From: Trichinella spiralis
Taxonomy: Eukaryota
Direction of reading: 5' to 3'
NCBI RefSeq assembly: GCF_000181795.1
Contig: NW_003526947.1
Span: 688,623-708,622, forward strand
DNA: 20,000 nt
Part shown: piece after piece, positions 19,693 through 20,000 of the stretch
Position numbering within the stretch: position 1 is the stretch's first letter
Layout of the letters: each line of letters begins with the position of its first letter
The notes under the pieces: model-generated
Told to the model about the DNA's origin: nothing
What the model saw: the letters and a program-made list of their open reading frames with translations, nothing else
Database searches by the model: none
Position numbers and translations under genes: made by a program

Positions 19693-20000
19693 AGGTGTGA
19701 CGGCAATTTGATGTGCATGAGGCGGCAAGGCTTAGTAGGCGAGACGATTCACATTTGCCTGGCAGCGCACGCCATCTGGTGCGGAAGCTACGTCTTCGGC
19801 GGATCAGAATGGCCATCTGGTCCGTCGAGGGTGGATCAGATGGATCTACCCAAGGTCATCTCGGCCAAAATCGTGAGGCCAGCACGTGGGCTAGGAGGCG
19901 ATGATGCCTTGGGGGTCCCCGGGGCAGGAGGGCGGGGGGCGGCGCGGGGGCGGTCGGCTGACTGAAGGGATGACTCCACCGCAACCGAAAACTTTTTTTT
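19693..20000 (+). other. Unassigned GC-rich, hairpin-rich element R ending in G-tracts and an oligo-T run
   Basis: Abrupt rise in GC content. Hairpins at 19794-19830, 19829-19851 and 19905-19926, G-runs at 19921-19950, and T8 at the window end. Confidence 0.55.

Noticed and set aside
19657..19965. 102-aa ORF over element R
   Set aside because: It has a non-ATG start, the frame is not preserved in homologous element L (indels within shared motifs), and it is probably open because of high GC.

Overview
AT-rich eukaryotic draft scaffold with four 10-N gaps. Introns of about 50-60 nt, TTTCAG/TTTTAG acceptors and an operon-like gene pair suggest a nematode, possibly Trichinella-like (inference, not proven). 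The left 7.4 kb holds three spliced genes that I reconstructed by hand: a PLEKHB/evectin-like PH-domain gene (- strand, runs off the window), a ZIP11/SLC39A11 zinc transporter and mitochondrial ribosomal protein L24 (+ strand). The last two are arranged like a trans-spliced operon. Positions ~7.8-16.5 kb are a recent tandem amplification of a 3,970-bp unit (about 2.5 copies visible, partly gapped). Each unit carries an orphan 76-aa single-TM/polybasic ORF, a minus-strand cluster of paralogous hairpins and two diverged copies of a ~390-bp element. Both ends of the array are chimeric with older, diverged paralogous sequence. The right 3 kb has no recognisable gene but is rich in inverted and direct repeats. 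It includes two homologous, hairpin-dense, GC-richer elements in inverted orientation (18298-18607 and 19693-~19990) that share five colinear motifs and that I cannot assign to a known family. All alignments and folds were done by eye; no searches were run.
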